Assembly: GCA_036172245.1 (NCBI GenBank)
Contig: JAYWIR010000034.1
Span: 434,001 to 498,000 of the forward strand
DNA length: 64,000 bases
Direction of reading: 5' to 3'
Source of the DNA: Raillietiella orientalis
Lineage: Eukaryota
The number at the start of each line of letters is the position of its first letter. Position 1 is the stretch's first letter. The position numbers and the translations under genes were made by a program. This document shows, piece by piece, positions 11,766 to 26,636 of this stretch. Under the pieces are notes generated by a model. That model was not told where the DNA came from and did not search any database. It worked only from the letters and a program-made list of their open reading frames with translations.

Positions 11766-13603
11766 TGCGTTTAAGTTTTCAGGCTCTTCAGAAAGTGGAG
11801 ATGGGGAGAGGGGAAGGTGGATGAAGAGGGAGCTGCACTCGGGTATCCTTCACAATTTCTTTTTTTCTCTCTCTCCAGCCCATCCAGCATCCAAGGTTTC
11901 GTGGTGATACCAAACTTCATCATCATCTTTGTAAATCTGCGGACCTGAAAATCGAGCTCGGACCGACCCGAGAGAGAATGAGCCGAAACTTTGGTTCTCC
12001 TTTCCGGTCCACCTTCTTTCTCAAGATGCGCGGCACATTTGTCGCTGGCCAGTGGCGTCCCACAAAGGGTCCTCGCTTCCCTGTCCATCCCTTCACAGGA
12101 CACGAAACAAAAAGGCACCTTGCGTAACGAACGATGCGACTGCCTTGCGCGTATTCGAAAAAGATCTTTGTTTTAAAGGCGCCAGCTGTTTGCTCGCTTC
12201 CAGTCACCGCGGAACGCGTTTCCAGTGGGCTTTTTATTGATGCTTCTAAATCAGCGATGCCGGGAATCTGCAAATCCGAACTGCCTGATTCCCAGTAGTC
12301 GTCCCCTATTCAAAAAACGCTCTCTTATTCAACTGATTCCTCCGAGCTTTCTTGGTCAGCCAGCATCCTTTGTGCAATTTTACGATCTGCCTGCTTATTC
12401 TTCCAGGTTTTGCGGGGAGCGAAAGTCAGAAGAGCGTAAATGGAGCACTCGAACGCAGCTGCTGTACGCTGCTCACCGAATTCCGCGCTGGAGAACAAAA
12501 CCGCGCGTCACGACTTCTTTCCAAGATTCTGTTGGCGCCAGCGGACAAGCAAGTAAGTGACTTTGGGAAGGCTCCTCCGAAAGACTCTTTGATCGACTAG
12601 TGTGTTGAATAGAGGAGAGATGCCGTTGCTGCGAGTCCTAGAGAAAGCCTGGAGAGCTTTCTTTTCCTGAGACACCTCAAAGATGTAGTCGATCGGCACT
12701 TGCGTGACGCGTTCCAAGTCGGACCTCGCTCTTGCCTTCTTAGTCATTGCCAGTTCAAATCTCGTTTCCCAGGAGGAAGAGGGAAGGAAAGTCCGGAGGA
12801 AAAATCCCACCTCGTAGGCATTCCCTTCGCTTCTCTCATTTCCCGAAATTATCCCAATAATTCCAAACAAATGGGAAAAATTCGACTTCTCAGATCCTTC
12901 TTGCCGTTCTGTGAAATCCGGGTCTCCATGATTCCATTGCCACATCTGTAAGAGAAATTGATTTCCCATTCGGATGTTCTCCTCGTCAGACTCCAAAAGA
13001 TTTCCTGCACGGACTCGCATTGTATTCCATCTGAGACTCTTTCACTTCAGCAGCAACCAGTTGAGACTCGTTTCAAGCAATGTGTGTGTTTTTGTCATAG
13101 GTTTAGAGGGAAACTCTCTGCCTAAGGACTCCTGTCGCTGTTCACCACGCTGATTCGATTTGAACAGAGCACCGAACGAAGATAGTTAATGTCAGGAATC
13201 TTAAATGGTTCAAATGTTCTGGGAATAACGGTCAGTTTGCTAGCTCGGCTTTACAATGTTCCAGAGCATCAGCTTCGTGCAGCCTCAGCTGGTATCTCGG
13301 AACTAGGAAAAAATAGACTGATTGCATTCCAAAGAGGTGCTACCTTTGAAAGTTGACAGGAATCTCCCGGGTAGGATTAACAGCATGGAAGGTGCCTTTC
13401 TTGTTTTCTTACGGAAAGCGATCAAGAGATGCAGGAATTGCGATTTCCGCGAATCGGATCCATTCGTACTGTTTTCTCACTGGAGTATAAGAAGAAAATC
13501 TGAATACCAATCCAAACAAATTCCATCCCAGCCACGAATCCTATAGGAAGCAGCTGTTGTTTAGAGTTTTGCTTCGCCTCATTCCCATTGTTTTCAGACA
13601 AAC

Positions 13604-13880
13604 AGAGGAAGGGGTTTCCAGCATCTTCTCAGCCTGTCTTCCCAGCACATCAGTTCGTCCTTATGTTCCTATCAGTAACTGCCGCGATTCTTGGGGATGC
13701 TTTCCTCACAGCATTCTCTCTTTGGAGTGTTCCATCCTCTCAATACTTTATCATTTGTTTGGTATCGGGATTCCCGAGATGCTACGACTTGTCCAGCGGA
13801 GAGTCAGCTTCGACTAGGCTTTCCTTCTTTGCTACGCTTCTCCTAGCACTCCTGTTCGTAGAGACAGTCCAACACAATTT
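13604..13880 (+). repeat. Dispersed repeat family B, copy 1
   Basis: Collinear blocks shared with 27900-28200: TTTCCAGCATCTT, TCGTCCTTATGTTCCwATCAGTAAC, GATTCCsGAGATGC, TTCGTAGrGAsAGTCCAAC. Confidence 0.7.
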
Positions 13881-16800
13881 TCCTTCATCTGGGGGATTCA
13901 GATTCGATTCTAGGCTTGCACCCATTTCTGAGATATGGTTTGTTAGCGAACCACGAGTTCCCAGTGATCAAACCGGCCATGTGTGCTGGCACCCTCAGTC
14001 GACCGCCACGTGACTCTTTTCCAAGGAAGGTGATTGATAGCTTGCTGGGAGAGCAAACTACTATGTCTCTGTTCCCTGAGGTGCTACCACTCTCGCCACC
14101 AGCTCGGTGCGCTTTCGTTTTTTTGTTTTCTTTGTTTTTGTTTCCTCATGGAAGGATTCGGACCATTCCAAGTACCAGAGAAGAAATTCAGGAATTAGAA
14201 GACGGAAAGGATCCGAAATTGTATCAATATATGAGGCATCCTTGGATCGATCAGAGGAATTCGAATGGGATGCTTCTGTAAAATCTTTAGTTTTATGGAA
14301 GCCATGCTGTGCAGCATAATGGAGAATGTGCCCCGAGGGTGTTACAAGGAGCCATCTGTGGATATGCTCAGCTGGGACGGAAGAGAGGAAACATGCTATG
14401 ATGCTTCGCCTTTTCCATCTCAGGAAGATTTTAGGAGAAACCGAAGCAGAAATGGAGCAAAAGGGCTTCTTCTGTAGGAAACTGAGGACTCTCTGAAACT
14501 GATGGGCTTCGAGGCTGTTGCTTCCCTTGTTCTGAGGAAGATAAGCGCGACCAATGGGATTCAGCGTGTAGTTCTCAGGCAAATGAACCTCGCGGATCTT
14601 CATTGACTTCTTCCTCGCAGCACTTTACAAGATGTTCCAAAGATCACGAGCACTTCAAATGAAGATGTCGTGTGACGCCACGTAACGACTTATGGAGTTA
14701 AAATCTTTTGAATTGTGAACGTTCATGCAATCGTAAAGTAGCTAGGAAACCACGGAACAGACGGCAATTCAAGCTACCCGAATTTTTGAATCCTACAAAA
14801 ATTCACTTTTCTAGCCATTCATCCGTACCCAGCTTTCGATTCCCTCAAACCCATGACAAGCTCATCTTCCACGGTTTTTCGCTTCGAAAGGCACCTTTGC
14901 AAAGAGAAGGATGAGATGAGCATTCCGAAGCTGTTGATTTTCCAAGATGAGCTGTAGTCCGGAAGAAGTGATACGGGAAGGAGAGCGTTGCGAGCACTCT
15001 GAACTGGGTGCGATGTCGCAAGACGTTTCAAGCGGTAAAGGATGCACGCTTTTCGAGGAAACAAACAAACATCGAGGCATCTTAGCGATCTACTTTTTGA
15101 TTTCATCATTCCGTCTTCTGAAATGCCCTGCGGATAAAAAATAAAAACTCATCAAAGGAGCTCTGAAAACAGACATGCAGAGAAATTTCTCTTTGATATG
15201 TGGGCTCCATGAGCAGCAATGAACGCAATGAGCTGCTGGAAGAGGAAACAATTCATAAAAATGCTTGCGAATATGTGAAAACAAAGCAGAGATCAGGTAG
15301 AACAAAAAAACACAAAAACAACAACAGCGATCAGTCTAAACATAGAAGAGGAAATTAGTAGAAGAAGCAGCTTTGATTTCAAGATCCAAAATCACTGCCT
15401 CCTCTCTTAGAAATAAGCTCCTCGAGCTCAGTGAAATGACAGGCTCTCAGTTGAAAATATAATGAGCCGCAAGAAAGGGTCACGTGTCCATAAAACACAC
15501 CAAAGTCAATAACACGAATCGCTTTTGAGCTTTCGCGGAAGATGCGCAGCGGATTCTGCTTGACAAATAGGTGGGTGGTCCATCATGAAACTAGTGAGAT
15601 TTCGACGCTCCCCATTAAAACAACTGCTTCCATCAGAGATGACGGAAATAACATATTTTATTATTATTTTATTGGAAAAATATATGAATTTTGATGGAAA
15701 AAGCAGTCTGCTGCTTCCGTGAAAGAAAAAACTCACTCAGGGATTTTTGATTTGACCACGGCTATCCATGGAACATCATTTAGAGAGATTCCATTGTCAG
15801 TGACCATCTGGGATAACTAGCAGCTTGCCTGAATCGTGGCATCTTTCCTGCTCGGCGAACAGCGGTGCTGCGAGAGGAAGTTTTCGTTTCCTCGCCTTGA
15901 CCCCAGCTGTAAGATCACTCCTGCTGGAAGCAACTTCTGTGAGTAGCTCAACCGGGCTTGATGCACCACAGTGTTGAATCCTTGTGCGTCTCACAGATAC
16001 GCAGTCCTCTACAAGAAGGCTTTTCCGAGAACATGGAAAGCCTGTGGCTCTGGGGGTCCCCTCTCACTCTGGGAGTTTCCAGCATTCGTTCCAAGGCGAG
16101 TCTCGAAGAGCCGAGTTAGCGCTCTCTCGCGCTGGTTTTCGAGAGGCACCTCGGGCAAGGCTCTCGCTCCCTGTCACCGACAAACGGTTGCTAGCCAGAT
16201 TTTCCGACGTCCCAAATCATAGCGACTTGCACGACTAGCGGGGCGCCGGAACGCGAGCTCTTTGCATTTGATGAAGAAAGAATTCGCTTTGACACGAAAG
16301 GTCCACAGGAGAAAGAAGAAGGCGGCGAGAACTGTTTCCGTGATAGCCCACGTATATTTTCCCAATTACAACAAAGTGAAGGAACGGCGTCAAAAAAAAG
16401 CGGCATCAAGAGCACTCGCAACGTTCTTCCCTGCCTGCATTTTAGAAAAGGGTTCTTTGGAACTCTTCCTGGATGCAGCCTGAGATCAGTTCACGAACGG
16501 TGGGAACAATGGGAGGGAAAGTCGTTTCCCGTTCCCCTCTTTCCACCTTTTGTGCCGCGAAGCGGGCGTTTCCGAAGGAGCCTTTACGCCTTCTTTGAGG
16601 TACTCCAAGGAGCACCCTGACTCGAAAGGGAAGGCCCACTCGCCGTTTTATCACGGTAATGAAAATCTGACGCCTAAGAAAGCCAGAAGTGAGTCAGAAG
16701 CAGTGGTCTGAGGCGTGACTGTTAGGAAGAGCCGTTTAATAGATAGTGAATCGTCAAAGAATCGCGGATCGTTTTCCCTGAGCACCGCCTACGCTGTGGT

Positions 16801-19800
16801 ACTCACTTCTGTTCAGCGTGAAGATCGAGGACCATCTAAGGGGTCGGATGGCTCGGACGCCGGTGAAAACTTTCCGACTCGCCCCAACTCTTTCCTTTCT
16901 CCGCAGGCAAGGGAAGACATCGCAGGAAAGTATCCTCGGTTCCGTTGCCATGGCTGAGGACGAGTTTTCACAGAAAGCTAGGTGGCAGAGGAAACCGGAT
17001 GTGGAGGTCAGTGAGAAGGGAAGTCCTAGTTCGAATGCATTGAAAAAGAATGGACTTGCCAGGCATCTTTGCCGTACAGGAAACTGGAGATGATTTTGGT
17101 GTGTTTTCAAGGGAGGGAGAACTGAGCTAACCTTCGCAGTCGAAGAGAGAACATGGGGTAACCTGCAGCCTCATGTGCACTGCGCGGACACAGAAACACA
17201 GTATCTCACTGGGAACTCTCCACGTTAAGCAAAAGAGAGTTCGCCAGCTTCCATTATGAGAGTGCTGGTGGCTGGAGAGGGAGGAACGCTGGTCTGGAAT
17301 TCTCTCTCCCGTGATTCATCCTTGGACGCAGCGATCAAGCCTGTCAGAAGGGGGAGGAATGAGAAAGGAATGCTGAAGGATCTGTGAAAAGAGAGAGAGA
17401 GAAAAAATAAAAAAACGCAAATTTCCTCTCCCCTTCTTCCTTCCCAGCCATCCTCTTGTCTTTCCTGTCTTTCTAAGATTGGAATTCTTCAATGGTCTAA
17501 CCATCGAAAATGATTTCCAATCCGACGCAAGTGGGAGATGCCGAAATATGACAACAGGGTCTTTCAAACGCCGCACGTCTGTCAGCATTTTGTTTATTTC
17601 AATTGCTTCATTGCTGAACTCTGAATAGCATCCTCAGCGGTAACCAACGTTACATGACAACTGACTGCTGCACAGGCCATCTTGATTAATGACCAAGTAT
17701 TCCGATATTTTCCCGCTATCATGCTGAGATTCAGCGTCCACGCAATGATTCGGATGGGTGTAATGATCTCCGTAGTGTTCGTTTCGTTAAACTTCTCACT
17801 GAAAGAGAAACCACTTAGGTTGTGACAGACGTTGCTAAGATAAATCATCCTCGGATTCGCTTTCCTCTTGAATCTTTTTTTTTCCTCCTATCTCTGTGGA
17901 GTTATCGTGTTTAGATCTCTGTCGCTTGCCTGACACTTTAGAAGAGAGTTTTCTAGAGGAAGCTCAACGAAACTTTTTCTGTTTGATCTGTCCACGTTGA
18001 GCTGTGTGTGCTTTGCTGATATTGTAGCAGTGCAAAGTCTACTGTCTCGGATCCGGCTGGAGAAGAACTAGCATCCGACCTAGGGAAATAGCGTGGCTCC
18101 TTCGAAGCAGCTCGCTTTCCAGTGCTCTCTGGTCTTGCTTTTGTTCGCATGCTTCCTCGGTCTCTTTCTCTCCAAGTGACTCTCCTCCTCACAAGTGGCT
18201 CCAGGTGAGAGCAAAGAGGCACGTCTCCATGACCAGGCTTGACTGTGAAATAGGTCCCTACAGGCAAAGAGACAGGGAAAGTAGCTCCTTGACTCCAAAG
18301 ATCCAAACATCACAAAACAACACCCCATCCGGCCTTGTTCCAAAGTATCGCGCAAACTGTATTTTTGACCACTATCGTCTCACGGCAACATATGTGGACA
18401 ATCTCGAAACTTCGTCCTCGAAGAAGAAAAGGTGGCCCTAGTCTGAAGAGACTTCGGTAAGACTCATCGCATGTTGAGTGACTTCCGAGTACGGCGGCAG
18501 CACTGTCTCTTTTCTGGGGCAAACTGAATCGGCCAAGGCCGTCAACGGAAAGCACCATTCGAATGCCGCTCTTGAGGATTCCCCTCTCCCCAACCAAGTC
18601 TGTCGTAGAAAGTCTACCATGCCTGGCAATCCTGAGAGGAACGAAAATTTGAACTGGCAGTGCCAGGACGAGAAGTGCTTGAACCTAAGCAAAAGAAGAA
18701 CCGGCACAACTGGAAAACTTCCGCTAGTGAGAACATGGCAAAAAAGAGTTGCTCCTACAACTGCAAGAGAGATGCACAGAAACACCTTGGAAAATAAGGG
18801 GCAGCTCGTCAAGACAAAGAACCATGTGAAGGCGCTCAAGAAACAGTTTGAGCTGTCCGAGATAAAGTGCGGACGGCAGCATGCATTGCTGAGCTCTGGA
18901 TGATCAAAAGGTGGAAGCCGACCGTTCCGCAAAGCAGCAGTCTGCTTTCAGCTTTGCTTCTCGATCTCATCCGGCGAGCCAGGAGCAGAGATTCGTCAAC
19001 GGGATTTTTCCCGCTCGCGAATCGCAATCTGAGTTCACGGCTCCCGAGTTTTTCCCAACACACGTGTGCTCCCACACGTGGGAGCAATCGCCAACTGGGA
19101 GCAACCGAAGCGGTATGTGGATCAGCCGTGTGCCAGAGTTCCATCTCTTGTTCCAAATGACTTACCCCCTTCGGACAGTTTGAGAAACGGCAAGCCAATC
19201 AAGGAGCAAGAAAACGATCATATATCTAAAAAGGGAGGATACAATGTTTTACTAGAGAGAATAGAATGGAGCCATCTTTGCATTGCGATGAGTTGGAGTG
19301 ACGCAACGCCACTCTTTGGATGACTGTGCCTCCCAAGGCATTTTGGAAACAAAACACGTCTCAAAACAAGGAAGGAGAGAGACAGGGTTGATTCACAAAT
19401 TCTAAAAAAATGGGACATCTCAAGATTGTCTTCTCTCGAATCTTCCAATACAATCGTGCACTGTCGTTAGACCACAGTGGAAAAAGATATGGAGTCGGAA
19501 CAAACCAATCCGTTCATCTATCCGTCCGACCACAACATCGAGGTAATGCTGAAGACAATTGCCACCATCCACACGTTCCTCATAGCACAAACTCCTAAGA
19601 ATCCTACCACATGGCTTTAAGGGGCTACCTCGTTACTACGACGAAGATCCTTAGCATGGTACGACTATGAGAGCAAATTCGTAGAACAATATAGAAACAC
19701 CTTGTGCTTGCTCTGGGGACAGCGCCGATCATGAGACATCGTTGGAACATTCTCAAAGTTGGAATGCTAAGATGGTAACCGCCTTGTTGCACGTTCTAAG

Positions 19801-22800
19801 TCTTCTAAATCTTAATTTGTTGTGTAGGTTTAATCGCTAGTAATGACATTCATTATTTATACTCTCAACCCTGGATGGTTCCGGGCAGTCATAGCTGCGA
19901 ATTACGTGGAATACTTTTGGAAAGCTTTTATTTTCCGCTTCCATCTCTTAAAGATGACATTCCTTCTAGGAAGGATTAATGAACTCTTTCCGACCAAAGA
20001 CTAGGAGAGATTCGGGCGATCCTGTCCGAAAAAATGCCCCGCGAATTTAAGGCATGTCGTGATTTCTCCTCTGAAACAAAGAAAATGATTTCCCATTTTC
20101 ATTTCTATGCATCATCGATATGTTGAACTGTGTTTTGCCATCAGGCAAAAGTTTCTTTTTTTGTGTGGTGTTTCGCGAAAGAACAAAAGACATAATGGAG
20201 TTGACTTTTATGATCTTTCAGTACTCAATAAAGCGAGTTTTTAAGAGAATAAGTTGTTCTGAAGCCACATCCTTGTAAAAAGTAAAATATAAATCAATGA
20301 AGATAAATGGATTTCCTGCTTCGGCAGGAGACACGAAAATGATCACCGACAACTCATGAAATTTTATGATCTCTGCCATGGTTTTATTCTACAAATTAAC
20401 TATTCTTGCTGCTCCGAGGAAATGTGATATATGCAAGAAAGAAGGATGCGGTTTCTTTGATCGCAAACAAAAATGGTCTCATGCATCAAAACGCTGCCGA
20501 CTTATGAATGGAGAGCCAACCACACTCCTGTAAACTTGATGAGCGGGTCACGGAGTGCACGGGTCATCTTGGAAAATATTGGCAAAACCTCTCTGTTGAG
20601 ACCTATGGTATTCTTCAATAATGGAAACAATGACAACAAAAGTACCAATTCTTCGCATCACTTCTGGAATACGTTTTGCTCCATCGACAGCAGGATCCAA
20701 TCTCTTAGACTAAATTAGATCGAGTTTTCAGCGTTTTCACAGAGTTTCCTTGGATGGAATTGCCTGGAATTGGTACTTTTCTGAAATAGCTTGGCACCGA
20801 AGCTGCCGTCTCTGTACTGCTCCTTGAGAGAACAGGCAAGTCACAGTTCTATGTCGGCCAAGAGCCAGTAAGTTAGAAACTTTTGAAGACTCGGAGTTGA
20901 AGTTTCAGAGGTTGTTTTAGGGATCGCTTGCACATCATTCGCTCCATTTGACTTAATCATTCCGTCAGGTAGCAGCTGATTCTCTGAGGAACAGCTAGTG
21001 TTTGCCGATCATTCTTATTTCTTCAAGGGTGTTGAAGAGATCACAGGATGCTGCATGGAGAAGCGAAACGAAGAAAGTGATGAATCATGAAAAAGATCAT
21101 GCAGATACTTTTCTCAATTCACTGGAAGATGACCTCAGGTATGACAAAATTTTGCAAGTAATTATCTGAGTGGATGATATCATGAAGTGAGGGCTCTCAG
21201 TGACCCCGCGGCTGGTTGTTATTGTTTCTCAGTGCCTTGAAGCAAATGAGCAAACAAATATCTAGAAATAACTCGATGATTTTTCGAAGACACCCACATC
21301 ACTCTAAATTGCTGGAGTTGAAATGTCGTGTCCCCGATGAGAAGTTCGAAAGAGCTCTGAATTGAGAAAATTCGCACATCACAGATCTTAAAGCAAGTCT
21401 CCGGAACCTAGAGGGAATTCGTTTTGGAGAAGCAAAATTCGTTGTTTCAGAAGCTAAGAGACAAAAAGCAAACTGAGAAAAGATTTTCTTTTTGCTGTTT
21501 CAGGAAAGCGAAAAATTCGGAAGGCCAGCTGCAGCGAATTCGAATAAAACAAACTGATGCTTATCAATGTAAATGATTTTGGTTCGGTTCCAGAGACTTC
21601 ATCTCGGTGTTTGCAACCGTTCTTTAGTCTTCACCCAGAGATTTCTCGAGAGCAGAGAAGGCTTTCCATGCAAAGTTCTCCACGGTCTCCTTGATGAAAG
21701 CACTTGAGCTTACCACTCGCAAATCAACTCAACTTGTAGCAATTGAGGTCCAGGATAGACACGTCATCTGAAGACTAATTTTTTACGATAAAATTCATTC
21801 AGAAATTCAAGCAAAGCAGCGCCATTAGGATCCTTGAAATTCCTTTGACTAAGGGGATGCAGCAAATTTCGTAGGAAAAGAATAGAAATAATGTGAAATA
21901 CGTGGGATCATAAAATCTTGAAGAAATCTTCCAAGCATTAGCAAGGAGAAGTGCGAGGACGCAAATAAGCTCAAAAACGGACCCTCTGCTTACGAAGATG
22001 GGGACCAGACAGTTCTGCGAAAGCATTCTTCAAGTTGACACACGAGTAACGTTCACATTATGGAGCTGGGAGATACTTTGCCAAAGTTCTTACTTTGGTA
22101 CAGCATTTTTCTCTTGATGAGAATATCGGGGGCTCTTCCCTCCCATATTCTTATCAGACTCACCTGAATAAAGAGATAGAGGAGAACAGGAATTGGACGA
22201 GTAAGCAAGAAATATCGATGCTCCCGTGCAGACGTCACGGAAAAACGCAATTAGGACTAAAATGAAAAGACAGCTGCGAATGGGGGAGTACTTTTGGTTT
22301 CTCCTGGACAGCTTAGAAGCAATGACGGAAATGAGGCCTTCTGAGAAGGAAATGCAGAGCAGAGGAAAGTCAGTCTTCGGTGATTCCATCCATCACTTTG
22401 TAACCGGCAACGAATTTTAATGTCTGATTATGGTTCTCCCGAAAATATGACATCAAACAGAGCACCATTAGGTTTCCGAACAGAGGGAGAACTCGTTTTT
22501 ATTTTCGAGGTGGTCGATCAGCAAGCAATGAGATGAGTGGATGAGTGTGCTAAAACTTTTGTCTTGTGAACCCTGGATACCAGCTGGATGCATCTTGATC
22601 CCGTGAAATATTATGCCGATTCCCACTTGTACATGAGAGTCCTTTGATAATTTGACCGGATCAGAGCACGAGGATGTCCATCTCCAGCACATTTTTGATA
22701 TCAGACGCAGATTGTGCTTAGTTTACATGTTCTTTCACTTGGCTGCTTGTGGATGTACTGCCCGAATATCCTTTTCCTATTTACCTGCATCTTTGAATGC

Positions 22801-25800
22801 ATTCAAAATATTTGGGGATCACGTTCACAGGGCCAAGTGGATTACGTATATTTCCACAAGTTGATTTCTGAAGAGCAACAGGTCTCAGCACTCCAGAGCT
22901 GCCAAGTCCTCACAGGAACAGTCAAAATGTAAAATGATTATGAGAAAGCCTATAATAGATTCGTGTGTAGTCTGGAAGGCTGCATGCGTACACTCTCCTT
23001 GTTTTCTTTTATAACTTAACGCAGCATCGAAATCTGAGATCTTTCAGAACGAGCATCAATAAAAATTAGCGATGCTCTCGATTGAAATAATTCGGTTTCC
23101 AATTTAAAAGCATGCGACTTTCAAAAAAAAATTGGAGCTTCTTTACAACTTTAGCTTAAGTTGAACAAAAGGACTGTTCAAAAAGAAATCATCCTACTAT
23201 GAAACGTTGCCTGACAAGAAAACAAAAGCTCCTACTGGAACGTTTCAGATCCCAGTAAAAGGCTTAAAAGATGACCTGATTCAATTGCTTCACTTTGCTG
23301 ATGGTTGCAAGGATGGTTCTAAGCTTACTGAAAGTTCTCGAAAGTGCGCGTCGTTCGTTAAGTTGAAAAAAAAAATAAAGATTGCTCCAAAGAGAGGAAA
23401 CAGTTGCGAATCAATGGATTATAACTCAGATGGTTTTGGATCTCTCCGGGTACATCAAATATATCACTCTCATTGCAGATGAGAATCATTAGTAGATCAT
23501 TAGCATCGATAGAAAAAACTAATTCCAGATCCCAACATACAATAAAACGTAAAGGTAAATAAAATGCTGTTGAAGAAAGAGCACTCTCTCCATCTGTATA
23601 TGAAAATCTTGAAGTACAAATACCCTAAGCAACAGTGAGACCCAGATTTGCTACCAGTTTCCGTGTGAAGGAGTGTACAGTTTCTCATGGGAGACACCGG
23701 AAAATCCAAAGATTTCATAGCATTTGAAGCCTCAACCAACAGTATGCGTTTCGGAATCATAAGTTGGATACACAAAGAACAAAGATCACATAACAGCTCG
23801 TTTTCAAGAGAGTAGATAAACACATGAAGAACGCATTGGGAAGGCCTGCAACGTGCGACAGATGAGAACACCTGACAAACATTCATAGGACGGGGAAATG
23901 GAAACTGAGAGAGCTCAGAAGACTTGGGATGCGAAAACCACCGGAACAAAGACCAGGTGAGGCACTTCAGAGAGAGTGAAATGTTCCCTTGATTTATGTC
24001 TTTTTAAGAAGCATGAAAAATCGAGACGTGACCATTAGGATCTTTTTCAAATCAAAACCATATTTTTGAGCATGTAGTAGGGGACAGATGTGAGATGCGC
24101 TTCTCCTAACACTTTCCCGATGCAGCTCCTGTTTTTGGGAGAACAGAGCTTTGAGCGGAAGTTTCCAGGAGCTGTATCTCGGAGTACACTTCCGCTCACA
24201 CAACTCATACATGCATTTTGTCTTCAGATACCGAGTTCTACCCGAGATTCTTTCTAATGGCAGCTTCGATCTTTCTTCATGTTCTCAGGGTGGAAGAGAG
24301 TTCCTTTTCTATCCCCGTTGAGATAGGAAGCTCCAATCCTAACCTGTATCCATCTTTAAGGCAAAGAGAGGACCAATGTGTTTCCCTGCCTTCTGCTGAA
24401 GATAAATTGGTGATTAGCGCTTGTTCACTAGATGTGCAAATCCCGTGATTCCATCTGACACCCTGCAAGCTCAGGAACTTTCCTCTTTTCTCTCTAGAGC
24501 GTCCAGTTTCCCGCTTCCTCGATGTAAGGGAAAACCCATAGGAAGCGAGGAGAGGAGTGGGAGTTGCGTGGTCTTTAAAAACTTTGGATACACCAACAAG
24601 CTCAAAGAGAGAACATCCATACAAACCGAAGCGAGTTGTGAATAGGATTGGCATTCACGGTACGGTATCCACATGTTGTACACTACAATAAACAGAAGTA
24701 AAACATGGTTACCAGAAGCATCATTGCTTTGTTTCTTGGGTTTGCGATCACAACCTAGAGACAATCTCCCTGTTCTACTGTTGATGAGGAAACATTCCGA
24801 GAACTTTGAACGTGACACATGAGATCTGGACAAGGAAGGCTGTTCGTGCTTTTGATGCGGTGACGTCTCTTCATCCAAGTCTTTGGCAATCACAGAAGTC
24901 AACACAAATGATGGACACTTTTACCAAGGAGCACTCGATGCGGTTTTATGGAACCACGCCTGCCTACTCGGCATAAAGCAGTCAACAGTCATTCGGAGAC
25001 TTAATTCCTTAATTTTTTTTCTTCAGCTGGACTAAGAGGCTCTGAAATGAGCGTCCTAGCAAATGAAAAAGAACAAAACACTCACCGAGACTTGGAAAGT
25101 TTGTCTTCTCTCATTTCTGCTCGGTCAGTGTTGCTTGTTAAATCCGTTCCTTGATCTTTATTCCTTTTTCATCATTGGACTATGAACGCGGCAAGGCATC
25201 TTTGAAGCATCTCGCCTGACAAGGGCGTCTTCTTCATCATTTCCAATCTGCTCTTTTCCTTGTTCAATTTCTGAGACACTTATCAGCAGGTAAGAATAAC
25301 GGAGCTCTTTTCTGCATCGTCAAAATCCTTAGAGGAAGGAGCTACTAGTCTTCACTGCTTTTCTTCATTACTAAGAAAGTTGAACTCAAAATTCAAAAAG
25401 GTGAGAAACTCTTTGGAATTTACATTTGGAAATCTGCTCACTGGCAGTTTTAATCTTTCACAATCACTGTTGCTGCCGTGTTGTTTGAAGATTCGTACTT
25501 CCAGTGGGGTCAGTTGCTCCAATACTTCAGCAAGTGTATGTTTTTCTCATTCTTGATGCAAGATTACATCTACGCTACTAAGTTATGCAACAGTTTCATC
25601 AGAAGACAGACGAAAGGAATTTTTGCATCCCGTAGCTATTATGTATTTGGGTTTTCGGTCCTCAAGAGGGATCTCAGACATAGTGAAGTGAATGAAAAAG
25701 AATGAGATCGCAATGTGGCATGGAGGATGTGAGCGGAGTCGTTGTTGAAAGTCCGCCCAAGATGTTTATGAGCATTGCTGTCACCATTACACAGCTAAAA

Positions 25801-25934
25801 GAAACTCCAGAATCTTCTAAAATTCGTAATGAATTTTCACATGTTTCATGAGATCTCACTTTTCTGATGAGACATCTCGTTCTTGTCACCACAAATGTGC
25901 TGATTACGGTCCAACGTTCAATCCCATTAATTTG

Positions 25935-26636
25935 GTTCCTGTTGCTCTCGAGGTTTTTGGCCTTCGTTCCCACTAACGTTGTCTTCCGTTAAAAAAAGCT
26001 TTCAAGTTCAAAGAGATGATTTATTTCCAGCAAAACATCAACCCTTTCTACGAAAAAGCGACGAGAGCACAGACGCTTGCAATCTTTTACGTTCTTTTTT
26101 CCAAAAGAGATTGCTGCTTGTCTTCTCAAGGAAACGTCGAAATCTAATCTCCAGGTGTCGTACCTCCATTGTAGTGTCGGAACTATATAAATGATGAAGG
26201 CCGCGTTCTCATCTGTCTCATATTTTCCTTCGCAACATTTTCGTGACCTCAGTTCCAATCTTAAAGCATTGCGTCTCCATCCTGAAAAACGTCTCAGAGA
26301 AAATCGTTCCATGCCCCCAAAATTTTCTCATCGTGTAAGCTCTAGATATCTTCGCAATGTTCTTAAGAAGTTATCAAGCATTCTGAGTGCTTCAGGTTTC
26401 CTAGTAGATTCTCTAGAAAACTGGGATGGCATGGCTATCCAGCTGGTGAGTTTCGGTCATAAATTCCATGCAGTTGGATCGGCTCTCACAACAACATGAC
26501 ACAAAATAATTAATATCAGAACATCTTATGTTTTGTTTTCTTAGAAATAAATCATCTCTTTGAATCCGGAAAGCCTTTCTTCACGGAGGACGGCTTTATT
26601 GGGAACGAAAGCCAAAAACTCAAGAACAGCAGGAAC
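25935..26636. repeat. Inverted-repeat (foldback/MITE-like) structure, arms of about 105 bp
   Basis: 25935-26038 is the diverged reverse complement of about 26527-26636. It includes a perfect 21-bp pair, TTCAAAGAGATGATTTATTTC (26007-26027) / GAAATAAATCATCTCTTTGAA (26544-26564). Confidence 0.75.

Noticed and set aside
14190..14620. RT-like words (EQKGF, FIDF)
   Set aside because: Spacing does not fit LINE RT well; too weak to call.
20638..20780. 14-bp perfect inverted pair AAAAGTACCAATTC / GAATTGGTACTTTT
   Set aside because: AT-rich, does not extend and has no TSD; plausibly chance.
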